64,000 bases of DNA, taken from NCBI RefSeq assembly GCF_006345805.1, contig NC_043000.1:16554001-16618000 (forward strand). Reading direction: 5' to 3'. Shown here in pieces: positions 25,301-38,799 of the stretch (position 1 is its first letter; the number at the start of each line of letters is the position of its first letter). The notes below the pieces were generated by a model. The model ran no database searches, was not told the origin of the DNA, and saw only the letters and a list, made by a program, of their open reading frames with translations. The stretch comes from Octopus sinensis (Eukaryota). The translations under genes were made by a program, and so were the position numbers.

Positions 25301-28300
25301 AAAATGAGAAAGCAACCATTTTTTCAGATTCTTTGCTATCATCAAAAGTTGTTTCATCGATTGGCTTTTCAGCTTCTGTTTGTTCAGGGAATACCTGGGC
25401 TTTCTCCTGAACTTTGGAGGCTTCTTCAAGAACAGAGTCTACAAACACTGTAGCTGTTTTCTCAAGTTCTTCTGTGCTAATACTAGCACTAACCTTCTCA
25501 TAATCATCACTGAGGACACCTTCTTGAGAATCCTGGGGTGTTGGGGATATGGGTCTGTCCAAATCTTGTTCCCCTTTAGATGGTTCAAATGATATTTCGG
25601 GGGTTTTTCCTGCTAACGCTTCAAGTTCTTCTTCAGCTTTCTCAGCAAATTCTAGACTACTTTCAGCCAGTTCTACTTGCTCATAAGAAGCATCTTTACT
25701 TAGATCACTAAATTCTTCTTCTACCATGTCTGTACACACTTTTTCTGAAGTGTGAACAAAACTTACATCATGATCGGATTTAAGTTGATCTGAAAACTGA
25801 ACTGTTTCTTCATCAGTATCATCCAGATTAATCCTCTGATCTTCTCTAATTAGGTGGCTAACCTCTACCACACTGGTCTCTCCTTCTTGCTGTCTTTCTT
25901 TGCTTTCCTCTAACAAAGTTTCATAGCTAGACACATCAAACTCAAGTGCTCTTTTACCAGGATAAATTTCATCTTTCTTCAACTCATATGGCTGTTCTTC
26001 AAGGTCATCTAACACTGGTTCCAGTCCAACGATTTCAGTCGGTGATCTAGACTCTACCATTTCAGCTGGATATATCTCACGTTGTTCTTCATGAAATTCC
26101 ACTGTAGGGGCTTCTGTTTTAACAACCACAGATGATGTAGTTTCAGTTATGGAAACAGTAGCTGATGTTGGACCAACTTGTTCAATAGGGGAAGCTTCTT
26201 CCTCCATTGGCATTTCAAGTTCATATAAAGTCTGATCTGACGTTACCAAGACTTCCTGTTGCTCAGCCGACAACTTCACATCTTCTATCAAGCTATCGGT
26301 CATGACATCTCTGACAGCAGCATCAGAACCAGCCGATATCTGATTGTCTTCTAGTTCCATGGCAACATCTTCCTGCTGTGATTTTTCTTCTTCCATAACA
26401 TATGATGGTGAGGACTGAACCAAATCCGGTGGTGCTGCAGGCACCACAGTTTTAACAGTAGATGACACAGAATCGATGTCTGGTTGAAAATCTACCTCTG
26501 TAGGACCATTTGGTAATTGGGAGATTCTGTCGGCAGCAATGTCTTCGATATTTTCAGTTTCACTGATCTCCTCTGTAGACAAACTCTTTTGAAAAGAGTC
26601 AGAGGGTAACAAATCAGGACGGCATGCACCCGGAGATGCAACACTGGAGGCAACAATATCCATAGTGGCTGCACCTTTCTCTGAAGCATCGCTACTGCTG
26701 AAAAGTGACTGATCTGGTGAGGAATCGGTATCAGGTTTCATGGTGTGAGAACTGGGAATCTTACATACTTCTTCCATTGGAGGTGCGGATGGTTCGACAA
26801 AAGCTGTAGCACTTGCAAACTCTTCTAAACTAGACTTCATACTTGTGGGCTCACTAGCTCTGAGGTCAGCAAAACTACTTCCGGATGTAGAGAGGGATTC
26901 CACTGAAGCGGTCAAACTTGCTGTTTCAATGCATCCCGCTATACCACCTTGTAAATATTTAGCAGCATACTGATCATAGCCAATAATTTCAGTTGGTGAA
27001 ACCATTTCAAATGATTGGCCATGATCATCATCATCATCACTGCTTTCATCTTTTGAAAAGTCCTTTTCAAAACTCGAAGGACGTTTTTCAGAAGTTTCAC
27101 TGCTTACAGATCCAAACTGCCGATCAAAGAGACCTTCGGTCTGCAGCTTGTTGGCTGCGTCTTGAAGATTACAAACGGTATCTTTGATGGTGGTTGCATC
27201 TTTGGGCGTCGGTGCAGGAGTTGGCGGTAAAGATTCCGTCGACTCCGACCCCGTTTTGTCTTTGCTGACGCAAATGTCTTCTATAATGATGACCTCAGAC
27301 TGAGGCCCGGTATAACTCTTCTCAGAATCTGGCTCAGTGCAAGGCTCGTCGGTGCGAGTAGTTCCCACAGTAGGTTCAACTTCAAACACGTCATCTTCAG
27401 GACTCGAAAGAATAGCTTTAGGTGCCGGTGGATGTGGCACCTGACTCTCAATGGTGTCTGGAGACATGTCATAAGCTGTCACAATATGTGAAACATGCCC
27501 TGAATCCAAATCATACGAAGCAGCTAATAAAGTTGGTTCGTTGGATACTTCAGAGGAAGAGGTTGATGTTTTAACTAAATCTTCATTGGAAATAGATTGC
27601 CTCAGCTTCTCCTTACTCTCTTCTGATAGAAATGTTACCCTTCTATCTTGCGCTGTCATCTTACTCTCTTCTTGCTCCTCGGAGTCAGTTTTAGAGGCTG
27701 GTGCTTCAGCAATAGGAGAAAGTTCAATTTCAGGAGATTCTTTCTCTGCTTCTGAGGATTCACCATCAGCATAATGCTTCCTTCTGGCAGGGGCAGGATA
27801 GCGATCAACAGGGGGGATTTCAGACCAGAGTTCTTCCTGTAGTTCAGCCTGACTTTCATAAGTGGTTGATAACTCATCACTATCAACTGATGGTGAAAGG
27901 GAGCGATCCTTCTCATCTGCTGACTCCTGTAATAATTCTTTTTGGGCCATCCGAGATTCAATGCTTACAACACCGATTATTCCTGATTTTGGTGACACTT
28001 CTTCACTGTCTGGTTTTGGTCGAAGTTGGTGTTCTTCATCAAGATCATCTTTTGATGGAAGTTTTTCTGAGGAAAGATCTAATGAAAGGTCTGAAGACTT
28101 ACTTTCACTAGGACTGGCTAAGTCACCAGCACTCTTGGAGACCATTTCATACTCAAGATCTTTCTCTTTTAAAGTGTCTTCTCTAGATAATTCATCAGGT
28201 GATTCGGGTGCTTTTTCTTGTTTAGAAGAATGGTCATCCATTATATTAGCCAAAACAGTAGCTTCATATTCTCCAGACATCCTATCATATGGTTCAAGGA

Positions 28301-31300
28301 TATCTTTCTTGGCTTCCACTATAGACTCTTCCTCAGCTTCTTCAATATCATCTTTTTTCTTGGATGTTTTGATGACATGTTCTACAGTGGAAGTTACAGT
28401 GACATGTGCTGACTTAGTTGTCGTGGTAACATGGTCTGTTTTGGCAGTTGGTATGTCAAATTTGTCTTTTGGATCCACAGTAAAATGTTCAGTCTTAGAT
28501 GTTCTGATGACAGGTTCTTCTCTCTTGGATGTTGTGATGACACGTTCTTCTGTCTTGGATGTTGTGACGACAGGTTCACCAGTTTCAGAGGTGGTGATGA
28601 CAGGTTCTCCAGGTTCTGATGTTGTAGTGAAAAATTCTTCTGTTTTGGTTGTTGTAACATCAGGTTCACCAGTTTTAGATGTTGTTGTAACATGTTCTGT
28701 TTTTGATGTTGTGATGACAGGTTCTCCAATTTTAGATGTTGTGATGATGCGTTCTGTCCTGGTTGTTGTGACAACAGGTTCTTCACTTTCAGATTTTGTA
28801 GTAACATGTTCTTCTGTCATTGTTGTACTGACAGGTTCCTCTGCCTTAGATGTTGTGATGACACATTCTTCAGTTTTGGATGTTTTAACATGTTCTTCTG
28901 ACTTGAATGTTGTGACAACAGGTTCTTTGGTTGTAGATGTTATAATACGTTCTTCAGTCTTGGAGGTTATAATGACAGGTTCTTCAGTCGTAGATGTTGT
29001 AACATATTCTTCAGTTTTAGATGTTGTGATAACAGGTTCTTCAGTTGTAGATGTAACATATTCTTCAGTTTTAGATGTTGTGACGACAGGTTCTTCAGTC
29101 GTAGATGTAACATATTCTTCAGTTTTAGATGTTGTGACGACAGGTTCTTCAGTTGTCGATGTTGTAACATGTTCTGTCTTGGAAGTTACAAAGGCAGGTT
29201 CTTCAGCCTCGGATGCTATAGTAATGTCTTCTGTCCTTGATGTTGTGATGACAGGTTCTTCTGTTTTAGAGGTTTTGATGACAGACTCTTCTTTCTTTGA
29301 AGTTGTGATGACAGGTTCTCCAGTTTTGTATGTCGTAGTTATATGTTCTGTCTTCACTGTAGTGATGACAGGTTCCTCGCCTTTAGAAGATGTAACATGT
29401 TCTTCTGTCTTGAATGTTGAGAAGACAGACTTTTCTGTTTTAGATGTTGTGACAATGGGTTCTTCTGTTTTGGATGTTGTGATGATAGATTCTTCTGTCT
29501 TGGATGTTGTGACGACAGGTTCTTCTGTCTTGGATGTTGTGACGACAGGTTCTTCTGTCTTGGATGTTGTGACGACAGGTTCTTCTGTCTTGGATGTTGT
29601 GACGACAGGTTCTTCTGTTTTGGATGTTGTGACAACTGGTTCTTCTGTCCTGGATGTTGTGACGACAGGTTCTTCTGTCTTGGATGTTGTGACGACAGGT
29701 TCTTCTGTCTTAGATGTTGTGACGACAGGTTCTTCTGTTTTGGATAGTGCAGTAGGTTGTTTTTTTATTGTCTTGACTACAATTTGATCTTTGACAGACT
29801 CATCAAAGATATCATCTGGTTTCCTAATTTCTTGTTCAACTTCATCATCATGTTTTGACTCATCCGAACCTGTAGCTACTTCTGATGGAAACTCTTCCAA
29901 ATCTTCTGAAAGCGTGAAGGTAACCCGTTTGGGGGGTTCTTCCTCTTCTTCAGCAATAGACTCAGAGATATCTTGTTCACTAAATGTTATGTTTGAATAG
30001 TCTTTGCTACTTCTCCGGTAAAATACACCCATGTCAACTGACTGCACAGTAACTATTCCTTGTTTTTCTTGCTGTTCAAGATAGTTATCAGAGAACTGTC
30101 GGGAGAAATGATGGACAGTTTCCCAAGGTAACTTTTTGCCAGATTCTTTGTCATAGAAACCTTCACTGTCAGAACTACTGGCCTCTGGGGATATAGTTTC
30201 CACTGTAGACTGATCGAATGGATGAGAAATAATGGGCTCACTAGCTGTGGTTGTAAGATGTCTAGCTGTTTTCTCTGTGGCGTCATGTCCGGTAAGTTCA
30301 ATTCCTTCACTGGGTTCTTTTGCTTGATAGACCTTGGTCTCGGTTATCATTTTACTTTGACTTTCTGATAAAGAGACTTGTGCTCTGGATGATGTTACAA
30401 TGGTTTTTTCTGTTCTTATTTCTGAGGTAGCTTCAAATTGGCCATCGGATGTTTTAGACCTTTGGATAGATTCTTGGAAAGAGTTCTGATCTTTAGTATC
30501 TCCACTTTCTGAACGGGAGGTTTCTTCACTCTCAGAATACATTGCAGCACCACTCTCCTCATCATCATCTTTTTCAAATGAGACCTTGTGTGTTACTTCT
30601 TCAAATTTCATTGAGCTGGAAAACATCTCATTCTCTTCTGATAATTTGGTTTTCCCCAGTGCCTGGATACCCATCTGCCATATTTCTTGATGGACAGCTG
30701 GGAAGTCAAATTGATGTGACTTCTCTTCAAGATCTTCTGGAGATATTTCTTTGGCAGCAAGACTTGGACTCTCTTCAGAGAAGTCATCAGAGTGTGTCTT
30801 TATTTCACTGTCGACAACATCTTCACCAGCAAAACCCATGTTATCAAAGGCCATGGAAGATAAACGTTCCGCTCTTTCTTCAGGTGTTTCTCTTTTATAG
30901 TCATCTTCGGTTCCATCGTGTTCTTCAGACATTAATGATGTAGCAGATTGTTCTGTTACATTATCAAGCTCTAGTCTTTCCTCAGTTGTATCAGAATCAG
31001 TTGAAATCCTAGGGATGTTGAAGGATTCACCACTATCTTTCTCATATTCTACTCTGGGGGTTTTCGAGGCGATTATTTTGGACATTGTTTTGAAATCTTC
31101 AGTTGTTTTTGTTTCATAGAATTCTGAAAGAGATCCCAGCTTGGACTTAGCATTAATCTCTGATGGTGAAAGGCCAACAGTTATTTGCATGTCTTTGACG
31201 TCAAGAAGATCTTGAGCTGGAGATATTTCATTTGCTATTTCAGCAGTTGGGGACTCCACAGGGGATTGGGTGAACGAAAAGAACTTGTCTTCTAACCTAA

Positions 31301-31408
31301 GATCAAGAGCACCTTTAGAAGCAGGAGAACTTTTAGGAAGGGGAGAGAACTGCTCTTCCACATCCGTTTCTTCTGTTTTTTCTTCACTGGTGTCACGCAT
31401 CTCGGCAT
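22157..31408 (-). CDS. Giant exon 2 (9,252 nt, 3,084 codons, phase 1/1) of putative giant ankyrin
   Basis: Uninterrupted 3,086-aa ORF. Acceptor tactaacacactaatatcaccctgatttctatag|AT GCC, donor AGA G|gtatat. S/T/E/P-rich, with TSKTEEPVVT, SSLxEFERLE and DSL repeats. Confidence 0.9.
28480..29745 (-). repeat. Coding 30-bp tandem repeat (TSKTEEPVVT)n
   Basis: Near-perfect units tcttctgtcttggatgttgtgacgacaggt at 29500-29740, degenerating toward 28480. Confidence 0.95.
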
Positions 31409-34134
31409 CTATAGAAATCAGGGTGATATTAGTGTGTTAGTAGACTGCCACCATTCGACTGACAGTGGAGTAGAATGCAGAACAATTAGGAAACATAACA
31501 TAGAAGTAGCTTAGTGAATTGTTAGAAAGAAATGTCAGATGAAAGTGCACAAAATATCTAGAGAGAAGGATGATGATAATGGGTTAGTATTATCATCTAA
31601 TGAATTGTTATTAGTAAGCTGATCTAGTAAAATTATAAGAGATCTACAACATTATTATGTTGATCTGATATAAAACTTATTAATAAGGAGAATTAGTATA
31701 TAACTGTTAATAGAAGGGATCAATGCAATTCTTAATTTATATATAAATGAAGTGAAAAATAATAGAATGGAAACTTAATGTGTGTGTTACATATCTACTC
31801 GATAAATATAAGGAATATTACTCTGTAATTATAAAAGAACTTAAACCAATGAGAAATTAGGAAATATAGAAGAAATACACCCTTATTATTTAAGTAAAAC
31901 CATAGGGAGACAATAAGAAAGGGGTTAAGGTATCAACTAAACACCAATATGGCTTGAATTTTATTGTCTCCTTAGGCAAGGCATACAACTCAAGTTGCCC
32001 AAGAATCCTTTATCAATGATAAATGAGGGAAGTGGATGTGGGGAGGAATCACTGAACAACATCTTTGCATCAGTCAACCCACCACTCTTAACTTAATGAT
32101 TAATGTGATTAATGATTGAAAAGGCTACATAACTTTAAAACATATTAATACAATTGCTGTAAATATTTGATTTTGCAGAAATATTCAACCTACATCAGTA
32201 GAGAATAGTTAAATGCTAAAATTAAAACATTAGCAACAAAAACAAATAAATAAGAGCTTAAAACTTTATAAAATTTAGTAATTGCTTTTGTAGTGTTTTA
32301 TGAGTGATTGTCATTTTGCTTTCATTCTTAAAGCTCTTACAGCGAGCATAGGATTGGTTCTTTGAAAGTTTCTTTGTAAAGAAACTCAGATATTGTAGAT
32401 CCGTAGATCCGAGAAAGCAGCAAAGTTAATTGTGATATGCAGGATAAATCTCTTAAATTTTAAAAGATACTTGCACAATTCATACTTAGTTATGGCAGAA
32501 CCTTTTCTCACTGCTAAGTCAACTGAGAAAAATACCTATGTATGTAGAACAAGAGAAAGGAAAAAAAGGAGAACTTGTGAGAGAATCTCCATGGGGCCAG
32601 TTGGTCTGTGCAATCTAGAAGTCAAATATTTCTCAATAAAATCTTTATTAGTTTTATATTAACATAGGTTTTCAGCTCTAAATCTCAAGGAACAAAATTC
32701 CTTATAATAAAGACAAGAGCCAGAAATCTGATCAGAATGGTTTGTCCAATCAACTAGCTCTGCACCATAAATCTATTTAAATGGTAACAGTAATCTGATG
32801 TAGAATTTGAACCCCGAAAGTCATGTTTCATTAATTTTTAAGAGAATAAAAACCACAACAAAAGCAAACATGCTATTTCCATCAGAAAATTTTCTATTTT
32901 TGGAAAAAATAACAAAATTCTTTCACATATCATTTTTTGGTTGTTGTGGTAACGAGTATTCTAGAATTGAGTGAAATGCCTTAATCTATGAACAAATCTG
33001 GAAAGGAGAGGAAGGGTGACAGAAGAAGAGATGATTTCAAGAAAGAATATTTAATATTAAAAGATCTTCACCCTAAAGTGTTTCATCCAGAACCAACTTA
33101 CGGTCGAAATTAGGCGGACTAAAACACACATTATCCAATAAAATTAATTGCATGAGAACGAGTAATGTTGCCATTTTAATATCACTGGATATCATGTTAT
33201 ATCATTAAATATAATGTTATATTATTTAATATCAGCCTGCAAGAAAGCAAACCATTGAACCAAAAGCTGAAAGCTCATATGTGTATATATAGTGTGTGTG
33301 TGCATGTGTATATACATGTATATACATACACACACACATGTACAATTGCATACATGTAAGTATATATATATATATATTACACATACACATATACAGCATA
33401 TATATAGACACAAATCATGAAGATGACATAGAATTTATAGGATAAGTGGAAAATGATGAACGAGAAGTAGAAGAAGTAGAAAAAACAAACAAACATGCAA
33501 AATACTGCCAAAAGCAAAAGAAAAAATTCCTGAAAGAGAAAAATAAACATCGAAATTTTTAAACAATTTTTTCTGTTTATATATTATATATATATATATA
33601 TATGTATACATATATATATATATATATATAGTCGGTGACATTGAAAAAGCATTAACAGTGAAGCATGATGACGGACATGTGGCTAAGTTTAAAACCATTT
33701 TATCACATGTAGCAGCGAGGAAACGGTAATAGTGGTTTCTAAAAAAAAGGGAAAAAATATATCTAAAAGAATGAAAAAAGAGTGAAAAAAAGGTGAAATA
33801 ATGAGGTAAAAAAAAACAACGACAACAACAAGAGGTAAGAGAGAGGTATGAAAAAAATTGGTAAAGCACCTTATCACTGCATGTGTGAGTGTATATGAAC
33901 ATGTAATATATTTATGTAGAAAAGCACCAATTTATACATATATGTATGTATGCATACTCAGACACATAAATACATGTAAAGTATCAATTTATACACGCAT
34001 ATCTTATACATGTGTCTTTGTGTACATGTGCATATATATATGCATTCAATGGTGTCTATGAATTGACTGTGTGTATGAGGTTGTGGCCATACATAAATGT
34101 ATTTACTTGTGCAGCGGTGCTGCTTTCTTTTGTA

Positions 34135-34168
<34 letters not shown>

Positions 34169-34386
34169 TATGTGTGTATTTGTCTGGATGTGAGTTGTGT
34201 GCAAGGGTAAAACTGCTTTCTTCCCTCTGTTTTCTTTCGTTCTCTCTTTCTTCGCATGTGGTCTTCAGATGCTGTGCACGCGCGGAAAAAGATGTGGTAC
34301 GAGTGTGGAAGCGGTCAGTTTTTTTTAGGAAAGAGAGAGAAGGCAGGAAAGGGGACAACGGCAGCAGTGATGGTGTTGGCATTAAC

Positions 34387-34417
<31 letters not shown>

Positions 34418-34531
34418 GAAAATGGTCTAGTGGAAATGCAGTCATACACACAGACAAACAGACAGACACACACACACATCTAGAAGAATGCGTGGAAAGA
34501 ATTCATGCTTGTGTTCAGTTTCCACAGCTAC

Positions 34532-34678
34532 CTGGCAGAAAATCTACATCTTCAACTTGCGCTACTTCGGAACTGGAGGAGCTGAGGTTCTCCTCCTCTT
34601 CCTCCTCCTTCTCCTCCTCATCCTTCGCAGCCGTTATTAATTCTCGCTGGACATCATGCTGGTCAGTACGAGGCATAT
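34532..34678 (-). CDS. Exon, 147 nt, phase 1/1 (DMPRTDQHDVQRELITAAKDEEEKEEEEENLSSSSSEVAQVEDVDFLP)
   Basis: Acceptor tctcttcttgtctcag|AT ATG and donor CCA G|gtagct. Confidence 0.85.
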
Positions 34679-35088
34679 CTGAGACAAGAAGAGAAATATC
34701 TAAATTGACCATCCAAGGCAACAAGGTTTTGTTGTTTGTTTTTGTCTGTGCTGGGGTGGGGGGTGGGGCGCAGGGAAAGAGAGAGTGTATTAGTTTGCTT
34801 TTAAAACCTCACTCAGGCTTAGAGAGAAGTGAGAAACGAGACTGTGCGATGCTCATGCCTTTCTCAAAATGTGCATATGTGTGTGATTTAGTTGTAAAGT
34901 TATATGTCTGCTGACAAGAATTGAACCTGCACCTCACAATTCTCTTCATGACAACAACAACAACAACCAATATTCCTGAAGTTTCTACCTACCATTTTTC
35001 TTTCACTTCAATGAATTAATCTAAAATAAATCTAATTAAATCTAGTTATTATTTTCAGTTAATTTATGTTAAGGATGACATTTGATTA

Positions 35089-35480
35089 GGCGCAGGAGTG
35101 GCTGTGTGGTAAGTAGCTTGCTAACCAACCACATGGTTCCGGGTTCAGTCCCACTGCGTGGCATCTTGGTCAAGTGTCTTCTGCTATAGCCCAGGGCCGA
35201 CCAATGCCTTGTGAGTGGATTTGGCAGACTGAAAGAAGCCTGTCGTATATATGTATATATTTATATATATGTGTGTGTGTGTGTTTGTTTGTCTGTGTTT
35301 GTCCCCCTAGCATTGCTGGTGTGTTTACGTTCCCGTCACTTAGCGGTTCGGCAAAAGAGACCAATAGAGTAAGTACTGGGCTTACAAAGAATAAGTCCCG
35401 GGGTCGATTTGCTCGACTAAAGGCGGTGCTCCAGCATGGCCGCAGTCATATGACTGAAACAAGTAAAAGAGTAAAAGAGA
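35089..35480 (+). mobile_element. tRNA-derived SINE, family A
   Basis: ggcgcaggagtggctgtgtggtaag…ggttcagtccc… with gtaaaaga tail. Confidence 0.9.
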
Positions 35481-36369
35481 TTGAAATATGCCGGACACTG
35501 TTTGTATGTATGTATCTCCCTATTTCTTTTAAGTTTCTCCCTTCCTCAAGTGTTTCTGTTTGACTAAGATATCGGTATAACAGGTTGTGTTCGAGCAGCA
35601 AACTAAATGCCTTTCAGTATTTAGTTGTCGGTCTGTAATCCTAGGTTTTGAGTTCAGATTCAAATGGAGTCAAATTTGCTCCTTCATTGACTTGAGAGGT
35701 GGGTGGGGGTGAAAGTGGGTTTGGTGTAAATAAAACATTGGTCATGAATTCAGCCCTCTCCAACCCCTTGCAAATAAATATATGACCTTGAATACACGTA
35801 AAAAAAAAAAAAAAAAAAGGTCAAAAATTATCATTTCATCTTACAGATATGTAATTATTATTTATGGAGCCAATCGTTTCAGACCTAGCCATTAATAGGG
35901 TAATCAATCTGACAATCTGGCTGACTGCAAGCTGTTTCAAAAGCCCAATATAGAGTTGCAAGTGACAGGCAGGACAAAGTAGCAAGGCTGGAAGGGGCCA
36001 CTCTGAATATGCAATTGTAGACAAGAGATACGCAAGTCTTCATTTTTGACTTTGCACCTGCCCCTCTTTTGGCACCTAAAACACCAATTTCTACACATAT
36101 TTCTAATCCCATCCTTTTTTACTCTGCATCCTCCCTACTCTGTGTTTATTATCTAGTGTCCCACATCTGTAGCCCCTCTGGCAAAATAAAGAAATTATTA
36201 TTAATATTATTATTATTGTTATTGTTATTTTTGATTTATCTTTTTGGGGTTGATAAAGTAAATACTAGTTGTGTACTAAGGGTCAATGTAATTAACCAAA
36301 TCCCTCCCTCAAAATTTCAGGCCATGTGCCTATAGTAGAAAGAATTATTATTGTTGTTATTTATCATTA

Positions 36370-36600
36370 AGGCTGTGAGCTGGCAGAATTGTTAGCACAC
36401 TGGAGGGAAAAAAAAAGCTTAGTAGTGTTTCATCTGTCTTTACATTCTGAGTTCAAATTTTGTCTAGGTCAACTTTGCCTTTCATCCTTTGGGGGTTTGG
36501 GCTTGATGAAATAAGTACCAGTTGAGCATAGGGGTTGATGTAATTGACTAGCCACATCCCACAAAATTTCAGGCCTTTTGCCTATTGTAGAAAGTATTAT
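36370..36600 (+). mobile_element. Degenerate family B SINE
   Basis: gagctggcagaattgttagcac…gagttcaaatt…ttgcctttcatcctttggggg. Confidence 0.7.
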
Positions 36601-36601
36601 T

Positions 36602-36778
36602 AGGCACGTAAAAAGCACCCACTACACTCACGGAGTGGTTGGCGTTAGGAAGGGCATCCAGCTGTAGAAACATTGCCAGATAAGACCGGAGCCTGGTGCA
36701 GCCTTCTGGCTTCCCAGATCCCCAGTCGAACCGGCTAACCCATGCTAGCATGGAGAACGGACATTAAACGATGATTAT
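36602..36778 (+). mobile_element. Family C retroposon 3' end
   Basis: ggcgttaggaagggcatccagctgtagaaac…gacattaaacgatgatt. Confidence 0.75.
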
Positions 36779-37411
36779 TATTATTATTATTATTATCCTT
36801 AATTTATTTTCTCTGGGAAATTTTCAGCAGGGTGAAGTGTAAGGTTATTGAATGTCCATAACATATTTTTATTGATTTGTATGATTTAGAATTTGAACCC
36901 AGAACCTACAGCAATGAAAATACTGTAAAGCATTGAATCCATTGACCTCCTCTATTACGACATTAATGCTAGCAGGCAAAATTCCTATTTTATTACATTG
37001 AAATAAGAAGGACAGCATGATGTCTGCAACATCACAAGAAAGAAACTAAGGCATGTGGCTTAGCTTGCTAGAAATAACAGCTAAATCTGTCATAAATTAT
37101 ATCTATTGCTGTTCAAAGAAAAATGGTGAGCTGGATAATGTAGACATAAATACATAATGCAGGTACTGTTCACCGAGTAAGATTATAAATATCAATTATT
37201 AAAGATAAAAAAAAAGTCAATAACTGCCAAATCATTACAAAAAAATGCTAATGTATTGAATTCAGTATGTAATTCTGTAAACAGATATTTTGAATGTTTT
37301 CACTATTTCTTTTGACCTTGACATATATATTATGCACACACACATGTATGTGTATGTGTGTAATTATGAATGTGTGTGTAAATACAACTATATAAAAATT
37401 AAATTTGTATA

Positions 37412-37808
37412 GGCGCAGGAGTGGCTGTGTGGTAAGTAGCTTGCCTACCGACCACATGGTTCCGGGTTCAGTCCCACTGCGTGGCATCTTGGGCAAGTGT
37501 CTTCTGCTATAGCCCCGGGGCCGACCAATGCCTTGTGAGTGGATTTGGTAGACGGAAACTGAAAGAAGCCTGTCGTATATATGTATGTATATATATATGT
37601 ATGTATGTTTATGTGTCTGTGTTTGTCCCCCTAGCATTGCTTGACAACCGCTGCTGGTGTGTTTACGTCCCCGTCACTTAGCGGTTCGGCAAAAGAGACC
37701 GATAGAATAAGTACTGGGCTTACAAAGAATAAGTCCCGGGGTCGATTTGCTCGACTAAAAGCGGTGCTCCAGCATGGCCGCAGTCAAATGACTGAAACAA
37801 GTAAAGAG
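37412..37808 (+). mobile_element. tRNA-derived SINE, family A
   Basis: Full-length copy nearly identical to 35089 and 4170. Confidence 0.9.
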
Positions 37809-38799
37809 TATATGCTTGTTTACATGTCATTGTAGGCAATATTTTAAAATTGCCTCACAAAGACAAGGTACCCTGTTAATAAGTTACTGTCTTAATTGCT
37901 TACTACCTAACATAATTGCTCATGGCACATGCTTAGTAGGATTGTCAAGACTGAAACACTTTGATAATTTTTCTGCTCAGTAAAGTCTGATCTGTGGCTC
38001 AACGACAACGACAACAACCTGAATGACAGCTCAAGTATGATATATGATACCTAACTTCAAAACATTAGCAACAGCAGCCAAATGTTCCTCATAGCCCTAG
38101 AATATGCATTAAAACAGTAGGTTACAACTGTGTTGGCTTTGATAAGAAGTAAACACAGTCATGGCTGAACAGACGTTAAGAATATTAAGTAGTCAATAAG
38201 TGGTGTAAACACTTAACTCCAAACTTAACCAAGACCTGGAGCATGACACCTTACTCTATAACTAGATAACACAAAGCAATGAAGGAACCTCTGTACAGGT
38301 ATTTTATCTAGTAGAAATAACAACCAAGCCTCCCTCAAATCACATCCTACAAGCTTACAAAAGGAATGACACATTAGGTAATGTGGTGCTTGATGATGTG
38401 TGTTTGAATAAAAGACAGAATATTACAGCTAGACTGTGAAGTCTGCTTCATCAGAGCTGATATGGGACTAAACAACAATAACAACCTGGTCAACTGTCCA
38501 AGGATGTCATTACACTCTTAAGGTCTTGTCTAATTTACTTCATCTCAAGTCATTCTCAGTAAAGAAAACCAATTCCCTAAGATCATCAGCATAATGGCAA
38601 AACTGAGTGTCTATCAATCAAAATACCTCATGGTATTTCATCGAGCCTTTTAGAGTTTTGGCTCAAATTCTTTCAGGTTCCTCTTTGTTTTATATCCTTC
38701 CAAGATAGATATCAGTAATGAGATCAATGTAATTGACCATGATCTAGAAGACAGTGTTCCAGCATGGCCACAGTTAAACAAGTGTCTATATGTGTGTAT

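Noticed and set aside
27862-29787. 641-aa plus-strand ORF (VVTTGSSVLD repeats)
   Set aside because: Antisense shadow of the TSKTEEPVVT coding repeat, in register with the sense codons. No independent splice or start evidence.
35089-35165. tRNA-like sequence with A and B boxes
   Set aside because: It is the head of a multi-copy SINE continuing into body and tail, not a stand-alone tRNA gene.
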